64,000 nt of DNA from an uncultured Parachlamydiaceae bacterium. Lineage in GTDB: Bacteria > Chlamydiota > Chlamydiia > Chlamydiales > Parachlamydiaceae. The notes below the pieces were generated by a model, which had not been told where the DNA came from, did no database searches, and saw only the letters and a list, made by a program, of their open reading frames with translations. The stretch's first letter is position 1. Each line of letters begins with the position of its first letter. This document shows, in pieces, positions 61,286 through 64,000 of this stretch. The position numbers were made by a program, and so were the translations under genes. The stretch covers positions 264,651 through 328,650 of the forward strand of contig CAVVXH010000011.1 in assembly GCA_963752155.1 (NCBI GenBank), in the 5' to 3' direction.

Positions 61286-61787
61286 AAAGCAAATGAACTC
61301 CTGTTAACTGGTATAAGCATCCTCTCAGCTGTGAAATTAGGCTGAAGGCCTTAGATTTCGATTTTAGCTAAAATTTCAAATAAAACCTAACGAAATAAAT
61401 CGTTGGAGTTCGAATAAAAAGCTTGGAGCAGCCTATTCTTCCTATAAGTTGACTTCAAGAGAATTACTAAATATTTTGATAGATTTATTATTATCATATG
61501 TAGTATACTACGTCAAGAAACTTGCTCCAACCTTATGAGTTGCAAACAACTTAGACATATTAAAAATTGAAATAACAAATATGCACAGTTTAAATTCAAT
61601 TGAAAATTATTGCAACAAATTGTTGCCGAATCCATCTTTGTTAATTTTAAAGAAAGAATATAATTGTTTTGTTATTGGCTAAAAGATTTGGCTTTTCTTA
61701 TTTTAATTGAGAAGTCTGCCAACATCCGAAAAGGAGGGTTTGAAACTGCTTGCATAAATCTATACATATCTGATACTATCTAATCAA

Positions 61788-62402
61788 ATGACTAGATTTA
61801 TCAAGGTCGGCGAAGCCGCAAAAGTTTTAGGGGTCAGCATTCAAACTCTTCGACGTTGGGAAAAGACAGGCTATCTAATGCCCGATCGTAAATCGGAGGG
61901 AAAAACACGATATTATGATCTAGATAAATTATTAGGCAAGAAAGTTTTTGATAACGGTTTAACAGTCGCTTACGCAAGGGTTTCAAATCATGATCAAAAA
62001 AAAGACCTCGAGAGACAAGCAGATGTTCTGACTTCTTATTGTGCAAAACAAGGATGGGATTTCCAAGTTATTCAAGATTTAGGTTCAGGAATGAATTACC
62101 AAAAAAAGGGTCTTAAGGCCCTCATCAACTTGATTCTTGAGCAAAAAATCTCCCGTCTAGTATTAACGCATAAGGATCGTTTATTACGTTTTGGTGCAGA
62201 ATTGATTTTTGCACTTTGCGAGGTAAAGCAAATTGAAGTTGTTATTATTAACAAAGGCGACGAAGCTTCTTTTGAAGAAGAGCTTGCACAAGATGTGCTA
62301 GAAATCATTACTGTTTTTTCTGCTCGTTTGTACGGTAGTCGCAGTAGAAAAAATAAAAAACTTGTAGATGCTGCAAAGGTGTTGATTGGCGATGACAAAT
62401 GA
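61788..62402 (+). CDS. tnpA: IS607-family serine transposase TnpA
   Basis: MerR-like HTH; YARVS, DLGSG, KDRLLRFG, FSARLYG. Confidence 0.95.
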   Translation: MTRFIKVGEAAKVLGVSIQTLRRWEKTGYLMPDRKSEGKTRYYDLDKLLGKKVFDNGLTVAYARVSNHDQKKDLERQADVLTSYCAKQGWDFQVIQDLGSGMNYQKKGLKALINLILEQKISRLVLTHKDRLLRFGAELIFALCEVKQIEVVIINKGDEASFEEELAQDVLEIITVFSARLYGSRSRKNKKLVDAAKVLIGDDK

Positions 62403-63909
62403 AATGACTTTAACCTATCAAACTCGTCTACAGCTGAATGAAAACCAAGAAGAAGTTCTTCAAAGTTGCGCTTATTTGCTGAGTAAAGTGGAGCGTTCTT
62501 TATATGCAAAAGTAGCTAATGGAGAGAGCTCCTCAGCATCATGTAAAAATAGTTTTCTAAAAATTTATGGCATTACAGCGAGGCAATTTAATGCTTGTCG
62601 AGTCAGCCTTGAGGGAAAAATATCTGCCTGCAAAAGCGGGCAAGAACAAGCAATTGCAAGTCTAAAACAACAAATCGCTACTCTTGAGAAAAACATTAAA
62701 TGCTTAGAAAAAAAAACTTCAAAACAATTTGTTCTCCATCAAAAAAAACGACGCAAAGAGAACTTGTCTCATCGTCTTTCTTGTTTAGAAGAAGATCGGA
62801 AGCAAGGTCGTGTTCGTCTTTGTTTTGGAAGTAAAAAACTATTTCTCGCTCAATTTTATCTCGAAAAAAATGGTTTTGCCTCACATCAAGAATGGAAAGA
62901 GCAATGGGAAGCCAAACGCAACAGTGAATTTTTTGTTTTAGGATCAAAGGACGAAACGGCAGGCAATCAAACATGTACTGCCAGTATTAGAAATGGGAGC
63001 CTATGCTTGCGGTTACGTTTACCTACAGCTTTGCAAGAAAAATGGGGAAAATATCTAGAGATTGAAAATGTTGCCTTCGCTTATGGACATGAGGCCATCC
63101 TTGCAAGCCTCAATCATCCGGAGGGCCAAGCATTGTCTTACCGATTCAAAAAAGATAGAAAAGGTTGGAGAGTATTTGTTTCAACAGCCTTAAAAAAAGT
63201 GGCTTCCGTTTCAGAAGAGCAACGTGGAGTTATTGGGATTGACCTTAATACAGATCACATTGCCTATATGGAGACAGACCGCTTTGGCAATCCTGTAAAA
63301 AGAAAAACGTTTTCTTGGGTTTCCTACGGGAGAAGCAAAAATCAGCTGAAAGCTCTTACAGGTGATCTTTGCAAGAGCCTTATTGAGAGAGCAAAAGAAA
63401 CAAAAAAACCAATCGTCATTGAGAAATTAGATTTCCAAAAAAAGAAGGCAGTTTTGACGGAAAAAGGAAATTCTAAGTGGGCACGCCTTTTATCTAGTTT
63501 TGCATATGGGTTATTTTTTGTTTTTCTCATGGCGCGAGCATACAAACATGGAATTACAGTCCATCAAGTCAATCCGGCATTTACATCTATTATGGGCCGC
63601 ATTAACTATGCCACGCGTTATGGTCTAAGTGTCCATCTTGCAGCTGCACTTTGCATTGCAAGGCGTTATCAACAATTTTCTGAAGCACCCTGTTCTCCCG
63701 AAGGGAAAATTCCCGACGGTAAGGGAGGTCATGTCACTTTTGTTCTACCCGAGAGGAATCGAACTAAACATGTATGGCACTTCTGGGGGCAGGTGAAAAA
63801 GAAATTAACGGTGCTTGCAGCACACATTCGGGCGATAGATAGAAATCGATCCTTGAGTCCAATAAACTCGACTCTTGAGACAAAGAAATCCCGATTGATA
63901 TTGGTGTGA
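62392..63909 (+). CDS. tnpB: TnpB-related RuvC protein
   Basis: GIDLN (RuvC-I), IEKL (RuvC-II), VNPAFTS, HLAAALCIARR. Confidence 0.85.
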   Translation: MTNEMTLTYQTRLQLNENQEEVLQSCAYLLSKVERSLYAKVANGESSSASCKNSFLKIYGITARQFNACRVSLEGKISACKSGQEQAIASLKQQIATLEKNIKCLEKKTSKQFVLHQKKRRKENLSHRLSCLEEDRKQGRVRLCFGSKKLFLAQFYLEKNGFASHQEWKEQWEAKRNSEFFVLGSKDETAGNQTCTASIRNGSLCLRLRLPTALQEKWGKYLEIENVAFAYGHEAILASLNHPEGQALSYRFKKDRKGWRVFVSTALKKVASVSEEQRGVIGIDLNTDHIAYMETDRFGNPVKRKTFSWVSYGRSKNQLKALTGDLCKSLIERAKETKKPIVIEKLDFQKKKAVLTEKGNSKWARLLSSFAYGLFFVFLMARAYKHGITVHQVNPAFTSIMGRINYATRYGLSVHLAAALCIARRYQQFSEAPCSPEGKIPDGKGGHVTFVLPERNRTKHVWHFWGQVKKKLTVLAAHIRAIDRNRSLSPINSTLETKKSRLILV

Positions 63910-64000
63910 TTCCAATACGTGAATCGTTAGCAAAACTGCTTGGCTAGCGTTCTGATGCTCTTCTCTGTAATGATGAGATTTGTACAGATTTTTAGTAGCG

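Larger units (their letters stand above)
61740..64000 (+). mobile_element. IS607-family element (tnpA plus tnpB); boundaries approximate
   Basis: Gene pair; phased short ATCT repeats upstream of tnpA. Confidence 0.8.

Noticed and set aside
306..63545. Many 60-150 aa ORFs antisense to or nested in long genes
   Set aside because: Shadow ORFs of well-supported CDSs with no recognisable motifs

Overview
AT-rich bacterial DNA, most likely from an environmental (protist-associated) member of Chlamydiota. This is an inference from the Npt/NTT nucleotide transporter, type-2 IleRS, an RHS protein with a DUF687-like tip, an F-box protein and a tsp gene next to tRNA-Phe. Housekeeping genes (fumC, wza/wzc-like, branched-chain 2-oxoacid dehydrogenase E1a/E1b/E2, ABC-2 transporter, Ku-LigD, radA, azoR, tsp, ileS, eukaryote/archaea-type trpS) are interleaved with much accessory DNA: four AAA-ATPase/PD-(D/E)XK genes, several families of nested palindromic MITE/REP-like elements, 9-bp microsatellite arms, IS remnants and an IS607 tnpA-tnpB element. 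The main finding is an ~8.9-kb island (16933-25914) bounded by a 130-bp duplication of the 3' end of the E2 gene and carrying a truncated large serine recombinase. It holds an 8-gene operon of partly paralogous coiled-coil proteins, three of which end in CaaX prenylation boxes (CSIQ, CILQ, CTLF). A fourth CaaX microprotein (CPIQ) lies at 36 kb. This is a candidate undescribed, host-prenylated multi-subunit effector system. All family calls come from motif recognition by eye; no database searches were run.
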